Shown here: piece after piece, positions 43,136 to 52,205 of the stretch
How positions within the stretch are numbered: position 1 is the stretch's first letter
Layout: every line of letters starts with the position of its first letter
Origin: an uncultured Collinsella sp.
Lineage (GTDB): Bacteria; Actinomycetota; Coriobacteriia; Coriobacteriales; Coriobacteriaceae
Direction: 5' to 3'
NCBI GenBank assembly: GCA_900542335.1
Contig: UQNG01000002.1
Span: 946-64,945 of the forward strand
Length of the DNA stretch: 64,000 nucleotides
The notes under the pieces: model-generated
Databases searched by the model: none
The model's input: the letters and a program-made list of their open reading frames with translations, nothing else
What the model was told of the DNA's origin: nothing
Position numbers and translations under genes: made by a program

Positions 43136-43849
43136 GTGCCGAACTCTGCCGTAAAACCGCTCATCTTGGTCGTTGAGGACGACCCCGCCGTTCGCAATCT
43201 TATTGTTGCCGCGCTCGAGGCGCACGGCTTGCGCCATATGGCCGTGGAGACCGCCCATGCCGCCATCGCCGCCGCCTCATCGCAGGCACCGAGCATTGTG
43301 CTGCTCGATCTGGGCCTGCCCGATATGGACGGCGTCAAGGTGGTGGAGTCGGTGCGCGCATGGTCGGGCATGCCGATCATCGTGGTCTCGGCGCGCAGCG
43401 AGGATGCGGACAAGATTCGCGCGCTCGATGCCGGTGCCGACGACTACCTGACCAAGCCGTTTTCGGTCGAGGAGCTGCTCGCGCGCATTCGTACGACACT
43501 CAGGCGCCTTTCGTATGCGCAAACGGGCGGCGTTGCCTCCGAGGGCTCGTTCGATACCGGTGAGCTGCATATCGATTTTGATGCCGGCATCGCCACGATG
43601 GATGGCGAGGAGCTGCATCTGACGCCGATCGAGTACAAACTGCTATGCCTGCTGGCGCATAACGCCGACAAGGTGCTGACGCACCAGTCTATCCTGCACG
43701 AGATTTGGGGCACGGCAACCAAGAGTGACCTGGCGAGCCTGCGTGTCTTTATGGGCACGCTGCGCAAGAAGATCGAATCCGACCCCGCGCATCCGCGCTA
43801 TATCCAAACCCACGTAGGCATTGGCTACCGCCTAGTCACCCAAGGCTAG
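43136..43849 (+). CDS. kdpE: KdpE-like OmpR-family response regulator
   Basis: VEDD, LDLGLPDMDG, GADDYLTKPF, LRKKIESDPAHPRYIQTHVGIGYR; GTG after AAGGAG. Confidence 0.88.
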   Translation: MPNSAVKPLILVVEDDPAVRNLIVAALEAHGLRHMAVETAHAAIAAASSQAPSIVLLDLGLPDMDGVKVVESVRAWSGMPIIVVSARSEDADKIRALDAGADDYLTKPFSVEELLARIRTTLRRLSYAQTGGVASEGSFDTGELHIDFDAGIATMDGEELHLTPIEYKLLCLLAHNADKVLTHQSILHEIWGTATKSDLASLRVFMGTLRKKIESDPAHPRYIQTHVGIGYRLVTQG

Positions 43850-43873
43850 ATCGCCAACCAGCATCCCACTATG

Positions 43874-43940
43874 AGTTGCGGTGAAATAGTTCCTGTTTGG
43901 GCCTTTACCAGGCTTTTTAGGAACTATTCCACCGCAACTT
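43874..43940. repeat. GCGGTGAAATA...TATTCCACCGC hairpin family (copy 2)
   Basis: AGTTGCGGTGAAATAGTTCC / GGAACTATTCCACCGCAACT. Confidence 0.75.
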
Positions 43941-43943
43941 TGT

Positions 43944-46511
43944 CTATTTGCCCTTGGGCTTGCTGGCGTAGAACTTCTTCTTTTTGGGCTTGCCGGCGGA
44001 GGAGGGCTTGCCGTCGCCGCGCGGTCCTCGGTCGCCGGCCTGCGCGTGCGCGGGCGCTGCTGCACGAGGCTTGCGCGCCTCGGGGTTGCGCAGCTCCTCG
44101 GTTCGCTCGGCAATCTCCTCGGCGCTAAAACCGACCTCGGCCATGGCGTCCTCGATGGGCAGTCGGCGCACGATATAGCAATGATGCACCTTCTGGTTGC
44201 GTGCGAAATCCTCGGGGATGGTCTGCGCCGTAATGTCCTCCAGCACGACGCCCGCGCGTGCGAGCTTGCGCGTTTCGGGGCGAAAGCCGCGCAGGTTGCA
44301 GCTAAAGATGGCATGTCCGCCCTGTGCGAGCAGGCGAGATACGCCGGCCAAAAGCTCAACATGGTCGCGCTGGACATCCCAGGTGCGGCGGCCCATCTTG
44401 GACGAGTTCGAAAACGTGGGCGGGTCGACAAAAATCAGGTCCCAGCGGTTGCGCATCTGGCGCTGGTCGCGAATCCAGGCGAGCACGTCATCGCGCACAA
44501 AGTGATGCTGCGGGCCAACAAAGCCGTTCTGGCGCATGTTGCGCTCGGCCCAGTCCAGGTAGGTGTTGGAAAGGTCGACCGTCACGGTCTCCTCGACGCC
44601 GCCGTCTGCCGCATAGCAGGTGGCGGTGCCGGTGTAGGCAAACAGGTTGAGGAAGCGGCGCGCCTGTTTGGCGTGCTCGCGCACCAGGTTGCGGGTGACG
44701 CGGTGGTCCAGGAAGATGCCCACATCCAAATAGTCGTCAAAGTTGACGGCAAAGGTGAGTCCGCCCTCTTCGATGAGCGGCAGGCGACGGCGCGTGCTGT
44801 CGGCGCGCTCGCCCGATCCGCCCTTGCCGGCGCCCTGCTTGCCGTACTGCGAGCCGCCGCGCGAACGCATGCGGGCCTTGGCGTGCACATGCTCGGCGGG
44901 AACATCTAGGATGCGCGGCGCGATGGTCAAGATGTCGAGCATGCGGGCCTGGGCCAGCGTGGGATCGATGGTCTTGGGCGCGGCGTATTCGGCGATGACG
45001 AGCCAGCGGCCCGGCGTCTGCGGGCAACCCTCGTACAGGTCGATGGCGGCGGAGTAATCGGGCAGGTCGGCATCGTAGACGCGGTAGCAGCTCACGCCCT
45101 CGCGCTTGGCCCACTTGCGGCGCAGACGGGCATTCTTGCGCAGGCGGTTGGCGAACTGCTCGGACTCCGGGATGAGCACGGGCAGCGGCTTGCCGTCGCC
45201 CAGGTCGAGCATGGCGGCAGGCTCGGGCATGGGGGTGCCGGCGGCGTTGTCGTTGACTTCGTCGGCATCCGTGACCTCGGCCTCGGCATCCGCACTAGTC
45301 GCAGCCTCAAACGCTGCGGCGGCGTGGTCGAGCGAAGGCCAGACTTCGACGGTCGCCTCCTCGTTGTTGGGCATGACGGCGATCGAGCGCTCGGGCTCGG
45401 CGTGGAGCGCGCGGGCCAACAATCCATCGCGGGTGAGCGCGGCGACCGGCGCCGCGGCAAGCTCGGGCGCGCGGCGCAGCTCGCCGGTGCGCGTCACGGC
45501 GTCGTGCATGAGCGAAAGCGGGGTCTCGGTCGTATCCGCGACCACGGCGGCACCGGCGACAGCGCCCACATGGTCCAGCACGGTGACGGACTTGGCGGCG
45601 CAAAAATCGACAAAGCGCTTGTAGCCGGCACACTTGACCATGCGCTCAGCGGTCTTGCGGGCGGCGGGGTCGATGTCTACGGCCACGATGCGTGCCTGGC
45701 GCTCACGTGCTGCCGCCTCGCGCTCGCGTGCCTCGGCAAGCAACTGCTCCCACAGAGCGGCGTCGTGCAGCTGCCAGCCCTCAAAACCCCAGCGCTCGCG
45801 TGCAGCGCCCGGGGCGCGGTCGGTCAGAATGTTCACGGCCTCCAACAGCAGACCGCCACCGGCGCACGAGGCGTCGACCAGCGTGGGCAGGGCTTCGTTC
45901 TCGTAATCGTCGGCCGTCAGCTCGCGCTCGCACAGTGCGGTCCAGCCGACCTGCGCCAGCACTAGGGCAGCGTAGTCGGGGCGCAGCACGTGTGTGCCCT
46001 CGCCGGCACGGGTCGCCGCGGGCGGCAGGCGCTTGAACAGCGGGTCGCCCGAAAGGTCTAGGCTTATGCTCGCGCGGCGCTGGCGCAGCGAAAGCAGTAG
46101 GTGAACATCGGGGTCGGCGGCATCGACGTCGGCGCGACGGCCCGTGGTCTCGGCCAGGCGGTCGCACAATGCGTCCTTGGCGCGCAGGGCCGAGAAGCGC
46201 GTGTTGCGCAGCTGCTCGGTCACGCCGCGGGCGGTAATGGCGATGGTGGCGCCGGGGCGGACGATGCTCTCCCAGGCGATGTCGTAAACGCTATCGTACA
46301 GTTCATCGGCATCCTGCGCCTCAAAGCGCCCGAGTACCACGAACACGCGGCTCGCCAGGCGCGACCACAGACAGGCGCGGTAGCCTTCTTCGAGCTCGCC
46401 CTCAAACGTGGCGCGGCCCTTCAGCCGGCGAACATGCGAAAGCCCGAGGCGTTTAAGCTCATCGGCGAGTGCGGACTCAAAGCCCTCGGGGCAGCTTGCG
46501 TAAAATTCCAT
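43944..46511 (-). CDS. rlmL: RlmKL-like 23S rRNA methyltransferase (N-terminal half apparently degenerate)
   Basis: N-terminal CLWSRLASRV and THUMP; C-terminal FANRLRKN, YRVYDADLPDY, GIFLDHR, FLNLFAYTG, DPPTFSNS. Confidence 0.88.
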   Translation of the reverse strand: MEFYASCPEGFESALADELKRLGLSHVRRLKGRATFEGELEEGYRACLWSRLASRVFVVLGRFEAQDADELYDSVYDIAWESIVRPGATIAITARGVTEQLRNTRFSALRAKDALCDRLAETTGRRADVDAADPDVHLLLSLRQRRASISLDLSGDPLFKRLPPAATRAGEGTHVLRPDYAALVLAQVGWTALCERELTADDYENEALPTLVDASCAGGGLLLEAVNILTDRAPGAARERWGFEGWQLHDAALWEQLLAEAREREAAARERQARIVAVDIDPAARKTAERMVKCAGYKRFVDFCAAKSVTVLDHVGAVAGAAVVADTTETPLSLMHDAVTRTGELRRAPELAAAPVAALTRDGLLARALHAEPERSIAVMPNNEEATVEVWPSLDHAAAAFEAATSADAEAEVTDADEVNDNAAGTPMPEPAAMLDLGDGKPLPVLIPESEQFANRLRKNARLRRKWAKREGVSCYRVYDADLPDYSAAIDLYEGCPQTPGRWLVIAEYAAPKTIDPTLAQARMLDILTIAPRILDVPAEHVHAKARMRSRGGSQYGKQGAGKGGSGERADSTRRRLPLIEEGGLTFAVNFDDYLDVGIFLDHRVTRNLVREHAKQARRFLNLFAYTGTATCYAADGGVEETVTVDLSNTYLDWAERNMRQNGFVGPQHHFVRDDVLAWIRDQRQMRNRWDLIFVDPPTFSNSSKMGRRTWDVQRDHVELLAGVSRLLAQGGHAIFSCNLRGFRPETRKLARAGVVLEDITAQTIPEDFARNQKVHHCYIVRRLPIEDAMAEVGFSAEEIAERTEELRNPEARKPRAAAPAHAQAGDRGPRGDGKPSSAGKPKKKKFYASKPKGK

Positions 46512-46586
46512 GGGTGACCTCTCTGGTTGCGTCGCTCCATTATATGATGGATGCTCCGTTTGCCCTTATCCTCGAAAGGAACCCAT

Positions 46587-47414
46587 ATGATTGATGCGTG
46601 CCCCGAATCCGCCGTGCTCTTTTTTGACGTGGACGGCACGCTGACGTCGTTCGATCCCGACGATATGACCGATAAGGACTTTTCGGCGGTTCGCCCCTCG
46701 CAGACGGTGGTTGAGGCGTTTCATGCACTGCGTGATGCGGGGCACAAGGCATTTATCTGCACGGGCCGCCCCCTGTGGCTTATCGCCGATAGCCTGCGTG
46801 CGCTTGACCCCGCGGGCATCGTTGCCATGGCGGGTGCCACGCTCGAGGTCGAGGGCCGTGTGGTACACGAGGACTGCTTTGACGAAGACGTTATCGCGGA
46901 GCTCGCGCGTCGCGTTGTGGATGCCGGCATCGAGGTTTTTTTCGAGTCCAATGCTGCGACCTTTGCGCTGGAGCCTGTGGGCGTTGAGCAGTCGTCTCTG
47001 ATCGGCACTTCTGTGGTGCACAGCGCCGAGGAGATGCGCGTCGACGGCAGTCTGCGCGTGGGCAAGGTATGCCTCAGTGTGCCCAGTTTGGCTCGCGTAG
47101 CCGGCGATGACGGCTTTATCGATCGCGAGTTTGAGCTGTGCAACACCGGTGGTCAGAACCGCGAGCTGAGCCCCAAGGGCATTGACAAGGGCGTGGGCGT
47201 GGCGCGAGCACTGGCGTATCTGGGCCGCGAGGGAAATGCGCGCACTTTTGGCTTTGGCGATTCGGGCAACGACCTGGGCATGCTCGCTGCGGTCGAGACG
47301 GCTGTCGCCATGGGCAACGCCATGCCCGAGGTCAAGGCGGTCGCCGACTACGTGACCGACGATGTCGAACACGACGGCACCGTCACGGCGATGCAGCATT
47401 TCGGCCTCATCTAA
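46587..47414 (+). CDS. Cof-type HAD-IIB hydrolase
   Basis: FFDVDGTL, CTGR, DKG, FGDSGNDLGM, AMGNA. Confidence 0.93.
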   Translation: MIDACPESAVLFFDVDGTLTSFDPDDMTDKDFSAVRPSQTVVEAFHALRDAGHKAFICTGRPLWLIADSLRALDPAGIVAMAGATLEVEGRVVHEDCFDEDVIAELARRVVDAGIEVFFESNAATFALEPVGVEQSSLIGTSVVHSAEEMRVDGSLRVGKVCLSVPSLARVAGDDGFIDREFELCNTGGQNRELSPKGIDKGVGVARALAYLGREGNARTFGFGDSGNDLGMLAAVETAVAMGNAMPEVKAVADYVTDDVEHDGTVTAMQHFGLI

Positions 47415-47607
47415 TGAATCCCGCGTTCTGACGTTTGCTCAAACTGCGACTCTTTGCTTTTGCATGCTCAATCGATTTATCAATCCAAACACTGAGGTGT
47501 TTATACCGTTCGCCGAGAAGATAAAAACCCGCAGCTCACGCCTTGATAAACGTAGGTAAAGTGTTTAGCAGTGCAACGCCCATGTGCAAGCGAAAGGAAT
47601 CAGGCAG

Positions 47608-48312
47608 ATGGCAATCAAGGTGTTCGCTGACGGTGCAAACCTCGAGGGCATGCTCGACATGTACGAGAACGGCAACGTTCAGGGTTTCACGACCAACCCG
47701 TCCCTTATGAAGAAGGGCGGCGTGACGGATTACCGCGCGTTTGCCAAGGAGGTCCTGGCCCACATCACCGACGTTTCCGTCTCGTTTGAGGTCTTTGCCG
47801 ACGACGTCGAGACCATGGAGGTTGAGGCTCGCGAGATCGCTACCTGGGCCGAGAACGTCTACGTCAAGATCCCGTGCGTGACCACCAAGGGCGAGTCCAC
47901 CGCCGAGCTGGTCCGCAAGCTTTCGGCCGACGGCATCAAGGTCAACGTCACTACCATCTTTACGCCTAAGCAGGTCGACGAGATGGTCGAGGCCGTTGAC
48001 GCTGAGACGCCGTCCATCATCTCGCTCTTTGCCGGCCGCATTGCCGACACCGGCGTCGACCCCATTCCATTTATGACGGAGTCGGTCAAGAAGGCCGCCG
48101 CCAAGCCCAATTGCGAGGTCCTGTGGGCGTCCACGCGCGAGCTCATCAACATTTACCAGGCCGAGGCCTGCGGTTGCCAGATCATCACGGTGCCCAACAG
48201 CATCCTGGCCAAGCGCAAGAACATCGGCCGCGACCCGTACGAGGTCTCGCTCGATACCGTGCGCGGCTTTGCCAAGGATATCGCCTCGCTCGGCTTCCAT
48301 ATTCTGCCGTAA
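47608..48312 (+). CDS. tal: transaldolase (short type / FSA family)
   Basis: GFTTNPSL, VYVKIP, VNVT, SLFAGRIADTG, LWASTRE. Confidence 0.92.
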   Translation: MAIKVFADGANLEGMLDMYENGNVQGFTTNPSLMKKGGVTDYRAFAKEVLAHITDVSVSFEVFADDVETMEVEAREIATWAENVYVKIPCVTTKGESTAELVRKLSADGIKVNVTTIFTPKQVDEMVEAVDAETPSIISLFAGRIADTGVDPIPFMTESVKKAAAKPNCEVLWASTRELINIYQAEACGCQIITVPNSILAKRKNIGRDPYEVSLDTVRGFAKDIASLGFHILP

Positions 48313-48334
48313 GCAAGGGTACCCCCTGCAGTGA

Positions 48335-48507
48335 CGTGCAAAATCGCGAGTTTTCAGCATGGTAAAGACTTTTACCAGCTGGTTGAAGCACGGAACGGCC
48401 CCCGTTTTGGCTCTAGAACCGCCAAAACGGGGGCCGTTTTTGCTTTTATGGCCCTTTGAGGCGCTGCGGGGCTATCGGGAGATGCTGAAAACTCGCGATT
48501 TTGCACG
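48335..48507. repeat. MITE-like element: 26-bp perfect terminal inverted repeats enclosing a terminator-like hairpin
   Basis: CGTGCAAAATCGCGAGTTTTCAGCAT / ATGCTGAAAACTCGCGATTTTGCACG; inner AACGGCCCCCGTTTTGGC/GCCAAAACGGGGGCCGTT followed by Ts. Confidence 0.8.
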
Positions 48508-48537
48508 CCGTGAAGAGGGGGACGTCCGCTTTGGCGG

Positions 48538-50685
48538 CTATTTGCCCTGCACCATGGTGAGCGAGATCTTTTTGCGGTCGCGATCGACCTTCTCGACCCA
48601 CACCTTTACCGTGTCGCCGACGCGCACGACATCACTCGGGTGCTTGACGAAGCGGTTGGCCAGTTTGGAGATGTGCACGAGGCCGTCCTGGTGCACGCCC
48701 ACGTCGACGAAGGCACCAAAGTCGACGACGTTGCGCACCGTGCCCTTGAGCTCCATGCCGGGCTCCAGGTCGTCGATGGAAAGTGCCGAGCGGCTAAAGA
48801 CCACCTCGGGCGCGTCGTCGCGCGGGTCGCGACCGGGCTTCTTGAGCTCGTTGACAATGTCGATGAGCGTCAGGGTGCCGCAGTCCAGGTCGCTTGCCAG
48901 CGCCGAGATGCTGCCCAGACGGCGCTCAATGTCGGGCACGCCGCCGCGGCTGAGCTCGCTGGCTTTAACGCCTGCGCGTTCCAGGACGGACGTGGCCACC
49001 TCGTAGCTCTCGGGGTGGACGCTTGTCGCGTCGAGCGGGTTCTTGCCACCGCTGATGCGCAGGAAGCCCGCGGCGTTGAGATATGTCTTGGGTCCCAGCT
49101 TGGGGACCTTCTTAAGCTGGCGGCGATCGGTAAAGGCGCCGTTTTCCTCGCGGTAGGCCACGATGTTTTTGGCCACGCTCGGCGTGATGCCCGACACGTA
49201 GCCCAGCAGGCTCGCGCTCGCGGTGTTGACGTCGACGCCCACGCGGTTGACGACGTCCTCCACCACGTGGCCCAGGGTGCGCGAGAGTTCGGCCTGGTCA
49301 AGGTCGTGCTGGTACTGGCCAACGCCGATGGACTGGGGCGGAATCTTGACGAGCTCTGCCAGCGGGTCTTGCAGGCGACGGCCCAGGCTCATGGCGCCAC
49401 GCACGGTGACGTCCAGGTCGGGGTATTCCTGGCTGGCGAGCTCGGAGGCGGAGTACACCGACGCGCCGGCCTCGTTGACGATGGTGTATCGCAGCCCAGG
49501 CGCCTGCTCGGCGATGAACTCCGAGACGACTTCCTCGGTCTCACGGCTGGCGGTGCCGTTGCCGATGACGATGGTGTTGACGTCGTCCTTCTTGACGAGG
49601 CGGGCGAGCTCGCGCTTAGTGCCGGCGACGTCGTGGCGCGGTTTGGTGGGGTAGACCACGCCGTGGTCGAGCAGCTTGCCGGTCTCGTCCATGACGGCGA
49701 CCTTGCAGCCGGTGCGGTAGCCCGGGTCGAGCGCGAGCACGCGGGCGCCTCGCACGGGGCGTGCCGAGAGCAGACCCTCGAGATTCTTGGCAAAGACGTT
49801 GATGGCCTCGGTCTGGGCGCGAACGGTGAGTTTGGCGCGGGCCTCGCGCTCCAGCGAGGGGGCCATGAGGCGCTTGTAGCCGTCGGCGATGGCGGCATCG
49901 AAGATGGGAGCAAACACGCCCTGACGGCGGGGCCAACGGCTGCCGAGGCGTGCCGTGGCGGCAGCGCCGTCGACGTTTACGCGCACGCGGAGCTTGCCCT
50001 CGCGTTCACCGCGGTCGATAGCCAGCACGCGGTGGTTGGGTATACGGCGCAGTGGCTCATCATAGCTGTAGTACGGCTCATAGGGGGTCTTTTCGGCGGG
50101 GTCGGTAGCCTCGACGACGATATCGGCGGTGTTTTGCGTAAAGGCGCGCAGGTCGGCGACGTTCTCAGGGTCTTCGGCCATCGTCTCGGCCACGATGTCG
50201 GCGGCGCCGGCGAGCGCCTTCTCGGGCGTGTCGAAGCCGGCTTCCTCGTTGACGTATGCCGCGGCGGCGTCGAGTGCGCTGCCCTTGGCGGAAGCCTGCA
50301 TGATGATCATGTTGGCAAGCGGCTCCAGGCCTGCCTCGCGGGCCTTCTGCGCGCGGGTCATGCGCTTTTTGCGGTAGGGCTTGTAGAGGTCCTCGACACG
50401 CTGGAGCTGCGTGGCCTCGCGAATCTGCTGCTCGAGCTCGGGCGTGAGTTTGCCCTGGGCGTCGATGAGCAGAATGACGTCCTCTTTGCGCTGTTCAAGA
50501 TTGCGCAGGTAGGACAGGCGCTCGTCGAGTGCGCGCAGGGCGACGTCGTCCATGCCGCCCGTGGCTTCCTTGCGGTAGCGCGAGATAAAGGGGATGGTGT
50601 TGCCCTCGTCGATGAGCTTGACGGCCGCCTCGATGTTGTCAGCCTTAAGGTTGAGCTCGTGGGCGAGCTGGGCGATAAGATCCAT
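48538..50685 (-). CDS. tex: Tex family RNA-binding transcriptional accessory protein
   Basis: GNTIPFISRYRKE, LDPGYRTGCK, GNGTASRE, IGVGQYQHD, C-terminal S1 domain; RBS AAGGAG. Confidence 0.96.
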   Translation of the reverse strand: MDLIAQLAHELNLKADNIEAAVKLIDEGNTIPFISRYRKEATGGMDDVALRALDERLSYLRNLEQRKEDVILLIDAQGKLTPELEQQIREATQLQRVEDLYKPYRKKRMTRAQKAREAGLEPLANMIIMQASAKGSALDAAAAYVNEEAGFDTPEKALAGAADIVAETMAEDPENVADLRAFTQNTADIVVEATDPAEKTPYEPYYSYDEPLRRIPNHRVLAIDRGEREGKLRVRVNVDGAAATARLGSRWPRRQGVFAPIFDAAIADGYKRLMAPSLEREARAKLTVRAQTEAINVFAKNLEGLLSARPVRGARVLALDPGYRTGCKVAVMDETGKLLDHGVVYPTKPRHDVAGTKRELARLVKKDDVNTIVIGNGTASRETEEVVSEFIAEQAPGLRYTIVNEAGASVYSASELASQEYPDLDVTVRGAMSLGRRLQDPLAELVKIPPQSIGVGQYQHDLDQAELSRTLGHVVEDVVNRVGVDVNTASASLLGYVSGITPSVAKNIVAYREENGAFTDRRQLKKVPKLGPKTYLNAAGFLRISGGKNPLDATSVHPESYEVATSVLERAGVKASELSRGGVPDIERRLGSISALASDLDCGTLTLIDIVNELKKPGRDPRDDAPEVVFSRSALSIDDLEPGMELKGTVRNVVDFGAFVDVGVHQDGLVHISKLANRFVKHPSDVVRVGDTVKVWVEKVDRDRKKISLTMVQGK

Positions 50686-50778
50686 GGGACTCCTTGCGTT
50701 TAAGGTGCGTTTGCAGCACAGGGCTACCAAGGATACCACCCGTCCCAAAAGACCGTTTTGAGGCCGCGCCACGAAAAC

Positions 50779-50916
50779 GGCCTTTCTACTACGTTTTACC
50801 CGTAGGGACTGACTATACCTGGGTTTTCCGAAAATCGGCAAGCCGTTTACCTGCGGTTTTTATTTCGCGAAATTCGGTATGGTTGAGAGTGGTCGGTTAA
50901 ACGTAGTAGATAGGCC
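50779..50916 (+). repeat. MITE-like element, ACTACG/CGTAGT-arm family (copy 2)
   Basis: Arms GGCCTTTCTACTACGTTT / AAACGTAGTAGATAGGCC; core TTTTCCGAAAATCGGCAAGCCGTTTACCTGCGGTTTTT. Confidence 0.75.
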
Positions 50917-50988
50917 CATTTCGTGGCGCACGAGCCAAGCTGAGGCGCAAAATAGCCCCCCGCTCCAGAAATCATCGCCAGAGGAGTC

Positions 50989-51024
50989 AAAAAAGCCCCG
51001 CGGGCAGGAGGCTGCTCGCGGGGC
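50989..51024 (-). terminator. intrinsic terminator of the oxidoreductase operon
   Basis: GCCCCGCGAGCAG/CTGCCCGCGGGGC followed by T6 on the minus strand. Confidence 0.8.
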
Positions 51025-51096
51025 AAAGAAGAGGGGCTCATTGGTGGCGGACCAAGGCGCTCGGCGGGGAGTTTGCCGCGGCCCGCTCTTAAGGCA

Positions 51097-52137
51097 TTAC
51101 AGCTCGACGAGCTGGCCGGTCTCGGCGGCCTCCTTGATGGCGTTGAGAAGCGTGAGCGTCTTGACGTTATCGGCGGGGGTCACGACGGGCTTGACCTCGC
51201 GGCGAACGACCTTCACAAAGTGCTTGAGCTGCATCTTGTGCGGCAGTGCCGGGTCGACGGCCGGAATCTCCATCTGCAGCGGCTTGTGCCAGTTGGAGGC
51301 GCCGTCGTAGGAGAACTGGTGCAGGCGGGGCAGCGAAAGGGCACCCTTGGTGCCGCCAATAAAGTAGGCGTCGGCGTCGAAGGGGCGGTACTGCGGATCC
51401 TCGCGAGCGGTGGCCTCCCAGTTCCAGGGGCTGGCGGTGGCGTCGGAGATGGTCATGCTCGCGAGCGCGCCATCGGCAAAACGGACGTTGACCACGGCGG
51501 AGTCCTCGGTCTCAAAACCGCGGGCGGCGCTGGACTGCATACCCTGGACGGCAACGGGCTCGCCCAGCAGGTAGCGGAGCAGGTCGACGTCGTGCACCAG
51601 GTTGACCAGGATCGGTCCGGCGCCCTTCTTGCGGCGCCACTCGACATCGAAGTACTCGTCGTTCTTATAGATCATGTAGTGGAAGCTCGACACGGTGAGC
51701 TTGCCCAGCTCGCCGGACTCGATGATCTCTTTGGCCTTGTTGACGAAGGGGTTGTGGCGACGGTGCTGACCCACGAGCACAGGCACGCCGGCGGTCTCGG
51801 CCTCGGCGGCGAAGGCCTGGGCATCCTCGAGGTCGTTGGAGATCGGCTTTTCGACCAGCGGCACGATGTTGCGCTTCACAGCCTCGCGGGCAACGCCCAA
51901 GTGCAGGTCGTTGGGGGTGGCGATAATGACGGCCTCGGGCTTGACCTCGTCCATCATCTGGGCGGGATCGGTGTAAAACGGCACGCCGGCGGCCTCGGCC
52001 GTGGCGCGGGCGCCCTCAAAGGCGTCGGCGATGGCGACGAGCTCGGCCTCGGGCTCCTCGGTGACAAAGCGGATGTGGTTGCGGCCCATGGCGCCGGCGC
52101 CGATAACGGCAATGCGGACGGGGTTGAGCTCAGACAT
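51097..52137 (-). CDS. Gfo/Idh/MocA family oxidoreductase
   Basis: IGAGAMG, ATPNDLH, VEKP, GQHRRH, NLVHDVD. Confidence 0.93.
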   Translation of the reverse strand: MSELNPVRIAVIGAGAMGRNHIRFVTEEPEAELVAIADAFEGARATAEAAGVPFYTDPAQMMDEVKPEAVIIATPNDLHLGVAREAVKRNIVPLVEKPISNDLEDAQAFAAEAETAGVPVLVGQHRRHNPFVNKAKEIIESGELGKLTVSSFHYMIYKNDEYFDVEWRRKKGAGPILVNLVHDVDLLRYLLGEPVAVQGMQSSAARGFETEDSAVVNVRFADGALASMTISDATASPWNWEATAREDPQYRPFDADAYFIGGTKGALSLPRLHQFSYDGASNWHKPLQMEIPAVDPALPHKMQLKHFVKVVRREVKPVVTPADNVKTLTLLNAIKEAAETGQLVEL

Positions 52138-52166
52138 TTCGACTCCTTAATACTGGTGGCGGTGGA

Positions 52167-52197
52167 ATGCGGCAAAGGGGCTGTCCCTTTGCCGCAT
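52167..52197. repeat. short palindrome, CAAAGGGACAGTCCCTTTG family (copy 3)
   Basis: ATGCGGCAAAGGGGCTGTCCCTTTGCCGCAT. Confidence 0.8.
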
Positions 52198-52205
52198 CGG
52201 TAAAA

